From: Neocallimastix sp. 'constans'
Lineage: Eukaryota
Direction of reading: 5' to 3'
Assembly (NCBI GenBank): GCA_050613775.1
Contig: JBODTK010000158.1
Span: forward strand, 62,001-126,000
DNA length: 64,000 bases
In this document: piece by piece, positions 1 through 13,825 of the stretch
How the letters are laid out: every line of letters begins with the position of its first letter
Position numbering within the stretch: the stretch's first letter is position 1
Made by a program: the position numbers and the translations under genes
Notes under the pieces: generated by a model
Seen by the model: only the letters and a program-made list of their open reading frames with translations
The model's database searches: none
Told to the model about the DNA's origin: nothing

Positions 1-249
1 TTATTTAATACATTTATATATATATTTTTTAATACATATATAATTTAATATTAAAATTAAATAATACTATTCTTAAAGAATAGGGATTAAAATTAATATT
101 TAAAATGTTATAGAATAATTTACTGGATATAAAAATTATTACTTTTAAAAAACATAAGCCATAAAATAATTAAATAAAAAAAAAAATAGAAACCATAAAA
201 TAATTAAATAAAAAAAAATAGAAACCATAAATTATTAATTAAAAAAAAA

Positions 250-860
250 TAATAATTTATACATTATTATTTTTATTTTTTTTTTTTTTAGCACTTTTTT
301 AATTTAATATTTTTTTTTATTCATATATATGAATATATTTCATTATTTATTCATTTTAATAGATTTAACATATGATATAAATTAATAAAACCATAAATTA
401 TTAATTATTAATTAAAAAAAAAAAAAAAACTAATTTATTATACAGTATTATTTTTATTTAATGCTTTTTTTTTTAATCATATATATGAATATATTTTATT
501 ATTTATTTATTCATTTTAATATATTTAACGTATGATATAAATTTGAAATTATATTATTAAAAAAAAAAAAACTAATTTATTATACAGTATTATTTTTATT
601 TAATGCTTTTTTTTTTTTTAATCATATATATGAATATATTTTATTATTTATTTATTCATTTTAATATATTTAACGTATGATATAAATTTGAAATTATATT
701 ATTAAAAAAAAAAAAACTAATTTATTATACAGTATTATTTTTATTTAATGCTTTTTTTTTTTTTTTAATCATATATATGAATATATTTTATTATTTATTT
801 ATTCATTTTAATATATTTAACGTATGATATAAATTTGAAATTATATTATTAAAAAAACTA
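250..860. repeat. Tandem repeat, ~143-bp unit, 3 near-identical copies plus 1 degenerate upstream copy
   Basis: The unit CTAATTTATTATACAGTATT...ACGTATGATATAAATTTGAAATTATATTATT(A)n starts at ~430, ~572 and ~717. A diverged copy lies at ~250-400. Copies differ mainly in homopolymer length. Confidence 0.85.
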
Positions 861-1175
861 TAAAAGTGTAATATTTATGTATGAAAGATAATGTACAATA
901 ATTGAATTATATTTAATAATACTTAATATTTATAATAAAATTATAAATGAAATTTTAAAAATTTTGTTAAATAAAAATATCTTAATGCGATTTATGAAGT
1001 TTTTTTTTTTTTTTTTTTAGATAAAATACCAAAAAACAAAATATTTAAAATTATATAATTTTATTATTTTATTATTTTATATTATTTTATAATTAGTTTT
1101 AATAAAATTATCATTTATTTAAACATGTTAATACTTTTATGATTTATTTCTTTTATAATTTATTTATAAAGTTTG

Positions 1176-1207
<32 letters not shown>

Positions 1208-1575
1208 CAAATTTTTCAAAATAATATTGAACAAATAAATAATATAATAAATTAAAAAATTATGATACAAAAAAAAAAAAAAAAAAAATTCCAATCTTAT
1301 TTATAATTAATTAATTATATTATTTAATTTATGTTTAAATTTTTTTTCTAATAAAATGGGCAAATCATATGAAATAACTATATTTATATGATACTTTTTT
1401 ATTATAAATTTTTTTTTTCTGGATAATATTAAAATATTATAAATTAGTAATACATTATAAATACTTTTTATTTTAAAATATATAGTATTTAATTTTTTTT
1501 TTTTTTGGATAATATTAAAATATTTTAAATTAGTAATACAATGTAATTATTTTAAGTTTTATTATCCAATAAATG

Positions 1576-1619
<44 letters not shown>

Positions 1620-2031
1620 ATTATTTATTTAATTACAAATAAAATTTTCTATTCAAAATAAATTACAATAAATAAATAAATAAATAAAGTACCAAAAACT
1701 TTAAATAACATCCTTATAAAAATCATATATATAAATATTACAATTTGTATTATAGTATTATTAAAAAATTAATCATAATATAAATTAAATATTAAATCAT
1801 ACAAAACTTTATAATTCTATGAAAAATTTTTTATTTATTTTATTATTTTTATTTATTATAATTTTTATTTTAAATTTTTATATATAAAAATGTAATTGTT
1901 TTTAAGTATTTATTTACAAACATAAATATTTTCAAGTAACTATATATAATTTTATTATTTTATTAATTATATATATATATATTTAACAAATATTCTACAT
2001 TGATAGGCAATTAATGGTATTATATAACTTT

Positions 2032-2223
2032 TTAGGCAAAATAGGTAGTTTCAAGAATTTGAGATAAACGCTTTTCAAAATCATGATGTTGTTTATAACC
2101 ATTATTTTGTAAATCATTCAAAGGATGTCCTTGAAAATTTGAATTATGTTTAACATGATTAATAAAGTACTTATTCATTAATGAATGTTCATCGCAGTCA
2201 CATATATGATCAATAAAAGCCAT
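2032..2223 (-). CDS. Unknown 63-aa microprotein (paralog A)
   Basis: Intronless ORF, more GC-rich than its flanks, with an A-rich context before the ATG. Its paralog at 4018-4215 keeps the frame, with a net +2-codon length difference and identical termini (MAFIDH..DCDEHSLMNKYF / HDFEKRLSQILETTYFA). Confidence 0.75.
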   Translation of the reverse strand: MAFIDHICDCDEHSLMNKYFINHVKHNSNFQGHPLNDLQNNGYKQHHDFEKRLSQILETTYFA

Positions 2224-3145
2224 TTTTTTTTTTTTTTTAATTTTTATTTTAATTATAATTTTTTAATCGACTTTTTATTTAATAATTTATTTTAGTTTTT
2301 GACTTCAAATTTTAAAGTATTTTAATTAATTAATCTTATTATTTATATAAAATATATTAATAAAAAGGAAAATAAGAAATATTTATATTTCTAAAAATTT
2401 TCTAATATTTAAATAAATATTAATAATTAAACATTATAATAATTCATATATATATTATTATAATAAAATAATAATATAATTAGAAGAAAATAAGATAATT
2501 AAACTATCCAATATTTCCATTATTTCCATTATTATTACCATATTTTATTTCATTTTTCTATAAATTTCTACGAATTCAATTACAATTTACAGCATTTCTA
2601 AAAATTTCCAATAGAATATAAATTAAATTCATTAAAATTCAAAAATACAAAAATTTTTATAATCTATAATATATTAAATTAATATATATACTTTATTTAT
2701 TTTTTTATTTTAATTTACAGAGTTATTTCTACATTTTATAATTATTACTTAATATTTATTATTATTATTATTATTATATAAGGAATAAAATAAATTCATA
2801 TTTATCATAATCTAATTCAAAAAAATATTTTATCATATTTCATATGATATTTATAACATTTGTTGGCTTATTTTATTTTTTTTTAATAATTTTATATTTA
2901 TTAAATTCATATTTTTTATTTTACATTTAAATATGGAAGTGTATTAAGTAATTAAGTGAATATTTAAATTAATATGCAGGTTAATCCATTTATAATAAAT
3001 TAATCTGGCTTTTTTATACTTAATTTATTTATTTATCTGTTATTAATATTATTATAATTATTATTTTAAAATCAAAATAAAAAAAAAAATTTAGATGATA
3101 TTGAATTAAATAAAATAATTTCAGTATTCATATATATATATTTAT

Positions 3146-3409
<264 letters not shown>

Positions 3410-3746
3410 TTATATTTAAAACAAAACGTAATACGAAGTATATACTAAAAAATTTTATTGGAAGTATCTAGAATATAATTAATTATGTAGAATTTTGTAG
3501 AATCATATTAATTAGAATTCTTTTAAAACCCTTAATTTAAGAAAAAAAAGTATTTATAATATTCATTAAACATTAACTAACTAAAAATTCTCAAATATAA
3601 ATATCTTTAAATTTCACTTCGAAAAAATTAATTAACTTCAATAAATTTAAACTAAAGTACTTTAAATTTTAAAATTAAAAATTTTAAATATAACTAATAA
3701 ATTAATAAATAAAAAGTGATTTAAATATATATATATTATATAATAA

Positions 3747-4002
3747 GTGATTTATAAAAAAACTTATTAAAACAAAAAGCGATTTATAAAAAAAACTTAT
3801 TAAAACAAAAAGCGATTTATAAAAAAAACTTATTAAAACAAAAAGCGATTTATAAAAAAAACTTATTAAAACAAAAAGCGATTTATAAAAAAAACTTATT
3901 AAAACAAAAAGCGATTTATAAAAAAAACTTATTAAAACAAAAAGCGATTTATAAAAAAAACTTATTAAAACAAAAAGCGATTTATAAAAAAACTTATTAA
4001 AA
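3747..4002 (+). repeat. 33-bp minisatellite, ~8 units, directly upstream of the microprotein B start codon
   Basis: GCGATTTATAAAAAAAACTTATTAAAACAAAAA units start at 3747 (GTGA variant), 3779, 3812, 3845, 3878, 3911, 3944 and 3977 (partial). Confidence 0.95.
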
Positions 4003-4017
4003 TAAAATATAACAAAA

Positions 4018-4215
4018 ATGGCTTTTATTGACCATATGTTAGACTGCGATGAACATTCATTAATGAATAAATACTTTGCAAATCATGCCAAACGCCATTC
4101 AATTTCTCAAGGACATTCTATAAATGATTTACATATTAATAACCGTAAACAATATAATGATCATGATTTTGAAAAGCGTTTATCTCAAATACTTGAAACT
4201 ACCTATTTTGCCTAA
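4018..4215 (+). CDS. Unknown 65-aa microprotein (paralog B)
   Basis: Paralog of 2032-2223 in divergent orientation. The ATG has an AAAAATG context, and both termini are conserved. Confidence 0.75.
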   Translation: MAFIDHMLDCDEHSLMNKYFANHAKRHSISQGHSINDLHINNRKQYNDHDFEKRLSQILETTYFA

Positions 4216-4450
4216 AAATGTTATATATCATAATTATATATAACATAAATTATATTAAAAAATATATTTATAATATACTTGTAAATAAATACATGTACAT
4301 AAAACAAAAATTATTAAAATATTAATTAAAATAAATAAAGAATTTTTAGATAAAAATAAAAAATATATATATATAAAATTTATAAACAAAAATGATAAAA
4401 ATATCATAAAAACTAAAAATAAAAATTTTTGTGTGATTTTACAATCAAAC

Positions 4451-4630
<180 letters not shown>

Positions 4631-5184
4631 TTAATTTAAGCAGTATATTTAATTATCTAATCAAATAAATTGAAAAAAGGTAAAGTTTAATGGTCTACAT
4701 ACTATCTTCTTCTTTACAGATGGTACTTTGTTTTTTTTTTTAATAATTATTTTTTAGGTAGAAATTATCTCTACTCTATAATACCATAATAACTTTTAAG
4801 TTTCTTTATATTCATTATATTACATTAACTTTATTTTTTATTAAATTTTATTTTTGATATTTTTTTATTTGATACACTACTTGTATATATATATATATAT
4901 TTTTTTTTATCTTAATATATTTATAATGTATTTTTATATGACACTTAAATGTATACAATATATTAGTATTTTGTAATAATTAAATAATTCAATGGGTATG
5001 TATTCTTTTCCTTGTCTAAAAAAAATTGTATTTAATAATTTTTTTTAATAATTTAATAATTATAAAAATTAAAATAAAGTATGTTAGGATTAAATCATAA
5101 ATAGTGTTGTATTAAATAACACAATAATAGATATTTATGTCATTAGGATTATTATGAAATAATTATATCATATTTAATATAGTC

Positions 5185-5470
5185 ATTTCTTAAAGAAAGT
5201 TTTGGCAATAACACTTTGTTTGTCTATAGTTAAACGATGAAATTAATTATATAACGAGATACACGAATAGCTAAGATGGATAAAGTAGCGTCCTAAAATT
5301 TTCATAATCTCAAATATTTACATGTAAGTGAAATCCTCTTTGGCTAAAGTTGTCATCTAATAAACTAGAACGATTTAAGTTTCATCATCAAGCTTACTTA
5401 AAACAGTTGGAAAGAAAGGAAAAACACATTTGAAGTACTATTTTTACAATATTCATATACAACTTTACTA
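5185..5470 (-). pseudogene. Highly decayed 3'-terminal PFL fragment
   Basis: Colinear with the last ~100 codons of PFL, e.g. AAACAGTTGGAA, TTTACAATATTCATAT.CAACTTTACTAA and CATCTAATAAAC. The minus strand reads TTA GCT ATT CGT GTA TCT CGT TAT = LAIRVSRY, against LTIRVSGY in intact copies. Many indels. Confidence 0.8.
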
Positions 5471-7243
5471 AAGAAAAGTAACAAATTCTATACAAAAAAT
5501 CATTTTTAGTAATTGTATTATATTGTAATGCTAAATTATAGATGAATTACTTAAAAAAATAAAATTTTTAATTCTAAATGAATTATAAATGTTGAAATAT
5601 TAATATTATGATGGAAAAGACACAATGAGAAAAAAAATTGATAATGAAGATTGTTAAAAAAGATTAATTCTATAAAGTTAATCTTTCTAAATTACAAATT
5701 AATAATACAAACTTTATTGTATCAAGATGAATTATTACACTTTTAAATTTTAAATACATATATAACATAATAAAACATATTTAATTATAATAATTGAATA
5801 TTTATTATTTATAAAATAGATTAATTATTTATACTTTTTTTTTTTTTTTTTTTTGATATATATTATTTTTTCATTTTTATTTTAAATATAATATTAAAAA
5901 TCTATATTACAATTATTATATAATATATTTACACTTTATATATTTTAATAACTATTAATTTTTAATATAAATTAAAATATTTAATAATAATAAAAAAACA
6001 AATCGAAACAAAACAAAATAAGAAACAAAAACAAAAAATAAAAAAATTTTATAAAAAAAACAATTATTATATAATATATTTACACTTTATATATTTTTAA
6101 TACCTATTAATTTTAATATAAATTAAAATATATAATAGTAAAAAACAATTAAGAAACAAAAACAAAAAAAAAAATTTTATAAAAAAAAAAAAATTAATTA
6201 CATAAATGTTAGATTGTTTAATATTTAATACGGTTATAATTAACTATATTTATAATAAATTTATTTTTCTTATGATAATTATCATATTTATATATCTCTG
6301 TATAAATATGAAAAATATTGGACAAAGATATTTTATTTTAATTAGTAATGCCTTATTAATAAATTTTTGTTTAAGATAAAAAAAGTAATGAAAATTCATA
6401 TTAAACATTTATATCATTGAATTATTTGATTTAGATCAAAACAAATTAATATTGGAATATTTGAACTAAATTTAAGTTTATTTTAAATGTTCATATAATC
6501 AAATATATTTAAATTATTCAAAGTAAATATGAAGGATATATAACTGTAATTTTTTTAAGTTTTAATTGTACTAATGAGATTTCAATATTTCAAGTTTTTA
6601 TAAACTTTAAAAATTTATATTTTAATTTATAATTTTTTAAATAAATATTTGACTTTACTTTATTTAATATCGAAGTATATTGTATAAAATCATATTATAC
6701 AAATATACAGATAATAAAGACAATATTTAAATGTACCTTTATTATTTATTGGTTAATTGGAAGTAAATAAATTTAAAAAATAAATAGTTTACATTTACTA
6801 AAATAATATTATTTAATTTTAAATAAATAAATAAATAAAAAACTATGCATAAATAAAACAAAAATTAAAAAAATAAAAATAAAAATAGATATATTATATA
6901 TATTTTTACTATAAATTATAAATTATATTATCGTATTATATATGTAATAATTATAGCGAAATTATATTTTATATTTGTTATATTTTATATTAAATAAATA
7001 TTAATTTTAATATAGGATTTGATATACTGATAATAATTAAGTATTTAAAGTTATGGTATATAAATATTTAATAATAATTTTTTAAACAAATATTAATAAT
7101 TTTAAGATAATAATTTTATGATATCAATAATAATATGATAAATAATATGGTATTTAATATATATAAAAACAATATATTCTTTTAAAATATATTTTATGTA
7201 ATTGAATGATCAAAGAAAGATCTTCCTTTTTATTTAATATTAT

Positions 7244-9544
7244 TTAAAGAGTTTCATGGAAAGTTCTGGCAATAACTTCTCTTTGTTGATCTGGGGTTAA
7301 ACGAATGAAATGAACAGCATATCCTGAAACACGAATAGTTAAGTTTGGATAGAGTTCTGGGTGGACCATGGCATCCTTTAAAGTTTCACGAACTAAGACA
7401 TTAACATTCAAGTGGAAACCTCCTTGATTGAAGTAACCATCTAATAAACCAGAAAGATTAGCAACACGTTCATCATCAATTTTACCTAAAACAGTTGGAA
7501 CGAATGTGAAAGTATTGGAAATACCATCTTTACAATATTCATATTCAACTTTACTAACTGAATTAAGAGAAGCAACAGCTCCATTAGTTTCACGTCCATG
7601 CATTGGATTACAACCTGGAGCGAAAGCTTCACCAGCCTTACGTCCATCTGGAGTAGAACCAGTCTTCTTACCGTAAACGACATTAGAAGTAATGGTTAAG
7701 ATAGATAAGGTATGTTCAGCGTTTCTGTAAGCTGGATATTTCTTTAACTTGGCAAGGAAGATCTTTGGAATTTCAATAGCAAAATGATCAACACGATCAT
7801 CATCATTACCGAATTTTGGGAAGTCACCTTCAATTTTGAAATCGGTAGTTAAATTAGTTTCTGGGTTACGAACTGGGAAAACCTTAGCGTACTTAATAGC
7901 AGAGAACGAATCAACAATAACTGAGAAACCGGCAATACCGAATGCCATATAACGATGAACATTAGTATCATGAAGTGCCATTTGAATAGCTTCATAACAA
8001 TACTTATCATGAGAATAATGAATAGCATTCATGGTATTGACATAAAGACATGCAATCCAATCCATGGCTTTATCATAAATTTCCCAAGCGGATTCAAAGT
8101 TGACTGATCCATCTTCATTTAATTTAATATCTCCAAAATCTGGTCCAACTTGTTTTTCAGTTCTTTCATCATATCCATGATTGAAAGCATAAAGTAAAAG
8201 TTTAGCTAAATTACAACGAGCACCGAAGAATTGCATATCTTTACCAACTCTCATTTGTGAAACACAACAAGCAATAGCATAATCATCTCCAAACATCTTG
8301 TTCATAAGATTATCATTTTCATATTGAATTGATGAGGTTTCAATTGAAATCTTATTACAGAAATGTTTAAATGGAGTTGGAAGTTTATTATTCCATAAAA
8401 CTGTAATATTTGGTTCTGGAGCAGCACCAAGAGTTCTAAGAGTATTAACAATACGATATGAAGTTTTACTAACTAATGGTCTTCCATCATTATTCATACC
8501 ACCAACAACCATGGTAACCCAGGTTGGATCACCAGCAAATAAATCATTATATTCGGGAGTACGTAAATGACGAACTAATCTAAGTTTAATAATTAATTGA
8601 TCAATTAAATCTTGTGCTTCTGCTTCTGTTAAGATTCCTTTCTTAATATCATTTTCAATATAAATATCAAAGAAACAATCAACACGTCCGAAAGACATAG
8701 CTGCTCCATCTTGATCTTTAACACTTGCAAGATAACCAAAGTAAGTCCATTGAATAGCTTCTTTGGCATTAGTAGCTGGTTTTGAAAGATCATATCCATA
8801 TCTTTGACCAAGAGCTTTTAATTCATTAAGTGCTTTAATTTGTTCTGCAAGTTCTTCTCTGGTACGCATGTTTTCTTCTGTCATTGTGATTCCAATAGAA
8901 AGTTTATCTTGCATTTTCCATTCAATTAATTGATCAACACCATATAAAGCAATACGTCTATAATCTCCAATAATTCTTCCACGACCATAACCATCTGGTA
9001 AACCGGTAAGAATAGCATTAGTTCTTGCTTTTCTCATTTCTGGAGTGTAAAGATCGAAAACACAATCATTGTGAGTTTTACGGTACTTGAAAATTTCTTC
9101 AACTTCAGGATCAAGAGTACGATCATAAGCCTTTAAAGCATTCTTAACAACGCGAACACCACCGAATGGTTTAATGGAACGTTTAAGAGGAGCATCAGTT
9201 TGTAAACCAACAATATCTTCATTTTCTTTAATAATATAACCAGCTTCATGAGCATTAACGGTAGAAATAGTTTTATTATCTACATCAAGACAACCACCAC
9301 TCTTAATTTCTTCAACACGAAGTTCACTACATTTGTCCCAAACTTCTTTAGTTTTCTTTGATGGTTCAACAACTAAGAAAGAAGCATCACCTTCATATGG
9401 GGTATAATTTTCTTTAATCCACTTAGCAGTATCAATAACTATTTATTAATATAATTAAAATAAAAATATTAGTAATTCTTGAATATTATAAGTAAATTAT
9501 TATGATATATTAAAATATATTAATTGTTATATAATACCTTGCAT
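7244..9544 (-). CDS. pfl: Pyruvate formate-lyase (formate C-acetyltransferase), copy 1, 733 aa
   Basis: Exon 1 is 9544-9538 (ATGCAAG), a GT-AG intron spans 9537-9439 (99 nt, TACTAAT branch-like site), and exon 2 is 9438-7244. Spliced length is 2202 nt, starting MQVIDTAK like intronless copy 3. Contains the active-site IACCVS and glycyl-radical TIRVSGY motifs. Confidence 0.96.
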
Positions 9545-9915
9545 ATTGTTTTATATTATATATATAATTTCAAATTTATATATGTTAATTTTTATAATTA
9601 TATACTATATATTAATTAGTTTTTAGAATTCACTAAAAAACTTGTATAACGTTTTAATTTGTAATTGTATATTATTTTTGATATATATATATATATATAT
9701 ATATAATTATTATTTAATTTTAAAATTAAAAATCTGCTGAAGAAAAATTTTGAATATTTATACTTTTTTTTTTTTTATTCTTTTTTATTAAATAGATAAA
9801 AACTTTATTAATAAATTAATAATTTTAATTATTATAAAAATTACATATCCTAAAAAAATCAATTTAAATTAATATATTATGTAAATTAATACTTAATATG
9901 TATTTAATTTAATTA

Positions 9916-9937
9916 TTTTCGTAATGCATTACGAAAA
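9916..9937. promoter_or_regulatory. Perfect 22-bp palindrome in the divergent PFL1/PFL2 intergenic region
   Basis: TTTTCGTAATGCATTACGAAAA, ~370 bp upstream of the PFL1 ATG. A regulatory role is only inferred. Confidence 0.35.
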
Positions 9938-11522
9938 AATTTATTTTAAAAAATATTTAATCTTAATAGATCATTATCTGTTATATAAAATTTTTATTTT
10001 ATTTTATTTTATTTTATTTTATTTTTAAAAGCTCTAACCCTATTTTAATCAGTATTTTTTTACTATGTATATAAATCCTATTTTTTTCCTAATTTTTTTC
10101 CTATCTCGTTCCGAAGAATAAAAGCTAACTTTAAAAAAAAACTTTAAATTAGAAATAATTATAGAATTATATTAATATAATAAATTTGTTCTATTATTAC
10201 TATTTATTATTAAAGAAAATAAAATAAAATTATTAAAATTATAAAATTAAATAAATGTAAACGAATAATTATAATAGTTAATGAATAAATATTATAAAAT
10301 AATAAATATAAATATAAAATGAATTTAAAAAAGAAAACTACAACAAATAAAATAATTAATTGATCTGAGTTATAAATACTTCATATTAATATTTAATTAA
10401 AATATCAAATACTATATTTATAAAAAAAAAAGATATATTTATATAGATAATAGAGTTTTATTTCAATTTCAGTTTTAGTATATCAGCTTATTAAAAATGT
10501 TTGATTTCATTTATATTAAATTAAATGTACTTAAAATAATTATTGAATTGTATAAATATAGTTTGAAAAAAAATACAATTTTGAAATAATAAATTAAAAT
10601 AGCATTATACATTTAATTTAATATATATTTATATACCTCTTTTCATGTAAATTTTTAAAATTTTAAATATTTTTATAATTCAAAAGTCTTTTTTTTTTTT
10701 TTTTTTTTTTTTGAAAAAAAATATATAATAATAAAAATATATCTTCTTTTAATAAAAAATTATTAAACTGTACTAATTTATATTATTATAATTAAAAAAA
10801 AAACAAGCTACATTCATACTACCTAATTTTATCATAATAATAAGACCTTTTATTAATAAATTTACACTATGAATAAATAATTTATAGAGTTTATATCAAA
10901 AAGAAAACTTTTTAAAAATTTATGGTTTTTTTTTTAATAAATATTTAGAAAAATTTGTTAATATAATCTCTACAGTTTCCTATTAATTATTCCACAATTT
11001 TGATTAAGTTTGTTCCATTAAAAAAAAATTAATTTCTCCAATGTATTAAAAATAAAAATAATTTTCATTATATCACGTGTTATATATATATATGTTTTTA
11101 CGTCGTTATAATTATAATTATCGTTATAAATACCGAATAAATTTTATTATCTTAATGAAAACTAAAATATTAATTAATTAATTTTTAATTTAAATAATAT
11201 CATATAATAAAAAAAAAAGTATAAATAGAATTAATTTTTTTTTTTTAAAATTTTTTTTACAATTTTAACAGTCATATCTATATATTCAATTAAAAATAAA
11301 TATATTATACCTTTACTTTGGAAAGAAACAATAAAGAAAAAAAGATTTTTTTTTTTAATTTTTGAAATTAATATAATTTAAAGAAAATAAATTATAACAA
11401 TTATATCTATTATTCCAACTAAAATAAAGAATTATACCTATATTTAAACATTTTAAAAAGAAATTTTAAACAATTTAATAAAATAATTTTAAAATTTATT
11501 TATTTTGAATAATATTATCAAA

Positions 11523-13825
11523 ATGCAAGGTACTATTTAAACAATAAATATATATTTCAAATATTATAATAATTCACTTATTATATTTAAGAATTACTAA
11601 TATTTTTATTTTAATTATATTAATAAATAGTTATTGATACTGCTAAGTGGATTAAAGAAAATTATACCCCATATGAAGGTGATGCTTCTTTCTTAGTTGT
11701 TGAACCATCAAAGAAAACTAAAGAAGTTTGGGACAAATGTAGTGAACTTCGTGTTGAAGAAATTAAGAGTGGTGGTTGTCTTGATGTAGATAATAAAACT
11801 ATTTCTACCGTTAATGCTCATGAAGCTGGTTATATTATTAAAGAAAATGAAGATATTGTTGGTTTACAAACTGATGCTCCTCTTAAACGTTCCATTAAAC
11901 CATTCGGTGGTGTTCGCGTTGTTAAGAATGCTTTAAAGGCTTATGATCGTACTCTTGATCCTGAAGTTGAAGAAATTTTCAAGTACCGTAAAACTCACAA
12001 TGATTGTGTTTTCGATCTTTACACTCCAGAAATGAGAAAAGCAAGAACTAATGCTATTCTTACCGGTTTACCAGATGGTTATGGTCGTGGAAGAATTATT
12101 GGAGATTATAGACGTATTGCTTTATATGGTGTTGATCAATTAATTGAATGGAAAATGCAAGATAAACTTTCTATTGGAATCACAATGACAGAAGAAAACA
12201 TGCGTACCAGAGAAGAACTTGCAGAACAAATTAAAGCACTTAATGAATTAAAAGCTCTTGGTCAAAGATATGGATATGATCTTTCAAAACCAGCTACTAA
12301 TGCCAAAGAAGCTATTCAATGGACTTACTTTGGTTATCTTGCAAGTGTTAAAGATCAAGATGGAGCAGCTATGTCTTTCGGACGTGTTGATTGTTTCTTT
12401 GATATTTATATTGAAAATGATATTAAGAAAGGAATCTTAACAGAAGCAGAAGCACAAGATTTAATTGATCAATTAATTATTAAACTTAGATTAGTTCGTC
12501 ATTTACGTACTCCCGAATATAATGATTTATTTGCTGGTGATCCAACCTGGGTTACCATGGTTGTTGGTGGTATGAATAATGATGGAAGACCATTAGTTAG
12601 TAAAACTTCATATCGTATTGTTAATACTCTTAGAACTCTTGGTGCTGCTCCAGAACCAAATATTACAGTTTTATGGAATAATAAACTTCCAACTCCATTT
12701 AAACATTTCTGTAATAAGATTTCAATTGAAACCTCATCAATTCAATATGAAAATGATAATCTTATGAACAAGATGTTTGGAGATGATTATGCTATTGCTT
12801 GTTGTGTTTCACAAATGAGAGTTGGTAAAGATATGCAATTCTTCGGTGCTCGTTGTAATTTAGCTAAACTTTTACTTTATGCTTTCAATCATGGATATGA
12901 TGAAAGAACTGAAAAACAAGTTGGACCAGATTTTGGAGATATTAAATTAAATGAAGATGGATCAGTCAACTTTGAATCCGCTTGGGAAATTTATGATAAA
13001 GCCATGGATTGGATTGCATGTCTTTATGTCAATACCATGAATGCTATTCATTATTCTCATGATAAGTATTGTTATGAAGCTATTCAAATGGCACTTCATG
13101 ATACTAATGTTCATCGTTATATGGCATTCGGTATTGCCGGTTTCTCAGTTATTGTTGATTCGTTCTCTGCTATTAAGTACGCTAAGGTTTTCCCAGTTCG
13201 TAACCCAGAAACTAATTTAACTACCGATTTCAAAATTGAAGGTGACTTCCCAAAATTCGGTAATGATGATGATCGTGTTGATCATTTTGCTATTGAAATT
13301 CCAAAGATCTTCCTTGCCAAGTTAAAGAAATATCCAGCTTACAGAAACGCTGAACATACCTTATCTATCTTAACCATTACTTCTAATGTCGTTTACGGTA
13401 AGAAGACTGGTTCTACTCCAGATGGACGTAAGGCTGGTGAAGCTTTCGCTCCAGGTTGTAATCCAATGCATGGACGTGAAACTAATGGAGCTGTTGCTTC
13501 TCTTAATTCAGTTAGTAAAGTTGAATATGAATACTGTAAAGATGGTATTTCCAACACTTTCACATTCGTTCCAACTGTTTTAGGTAAAATTGATGATGAA
13601 CGTGTTTGTAATCTTTCTGGTTTATTAGATGGTTACTTCAACCAAGGAGGTTTCCACTTGAATGTTAATGTTTTAGTTCGTGAAACTTTAAAGGATGCCA
13701 TGGTCCACCCAGAACTCTATCCAAACTTAACTATTCGTGTTTCAGGATATGCTGTTCATTTCATTCGTTTAACCCCAGATCAACAAAGAGAAGTTATTGC
13801 CAGAACTTTCCATGAAACTCTTTAA
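11523..13825 (+). CDS. pfl: Pyruvate formate-lyase, copy 2, 733 aa
   Basis: Exon 1 is 11523-11529 (ATGCAAG), the intron is 11530-11630 (101 nt, GTACTA...TACTAAT...TAG), and exon 2 is 11631-13825. Spliced length is 2202 nt. IACCVS and TIRVSGY motifs present. Inverted near-identical duplicate of copy 1. Confidence 0.96.

Noticed and set aside
3747..4002. CRISPR-like array
   Set aside because: The units are contiguous with no unique spacers, the context is eukaryotic, and there are no cas genes.
5185..5470. PFL C-terminal fragment as a functional mini-gene
   Set aside because: Multiple indels, no ORF, and the radical Gly is mutated to Arg.
7486..8811. Short alternative-frame ORFs repeated in each PFL copy
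   Set aside because: They are shadows of biased codon usage, and their conservation simply follows the PFL duplication.
7244..9037. 597-aa PFL ORFs as N-terminally truncated proteins
   Set aside because: The reading frame continues upstream to a splice acceptor, and the spliced genes are full 733-aa proteins.
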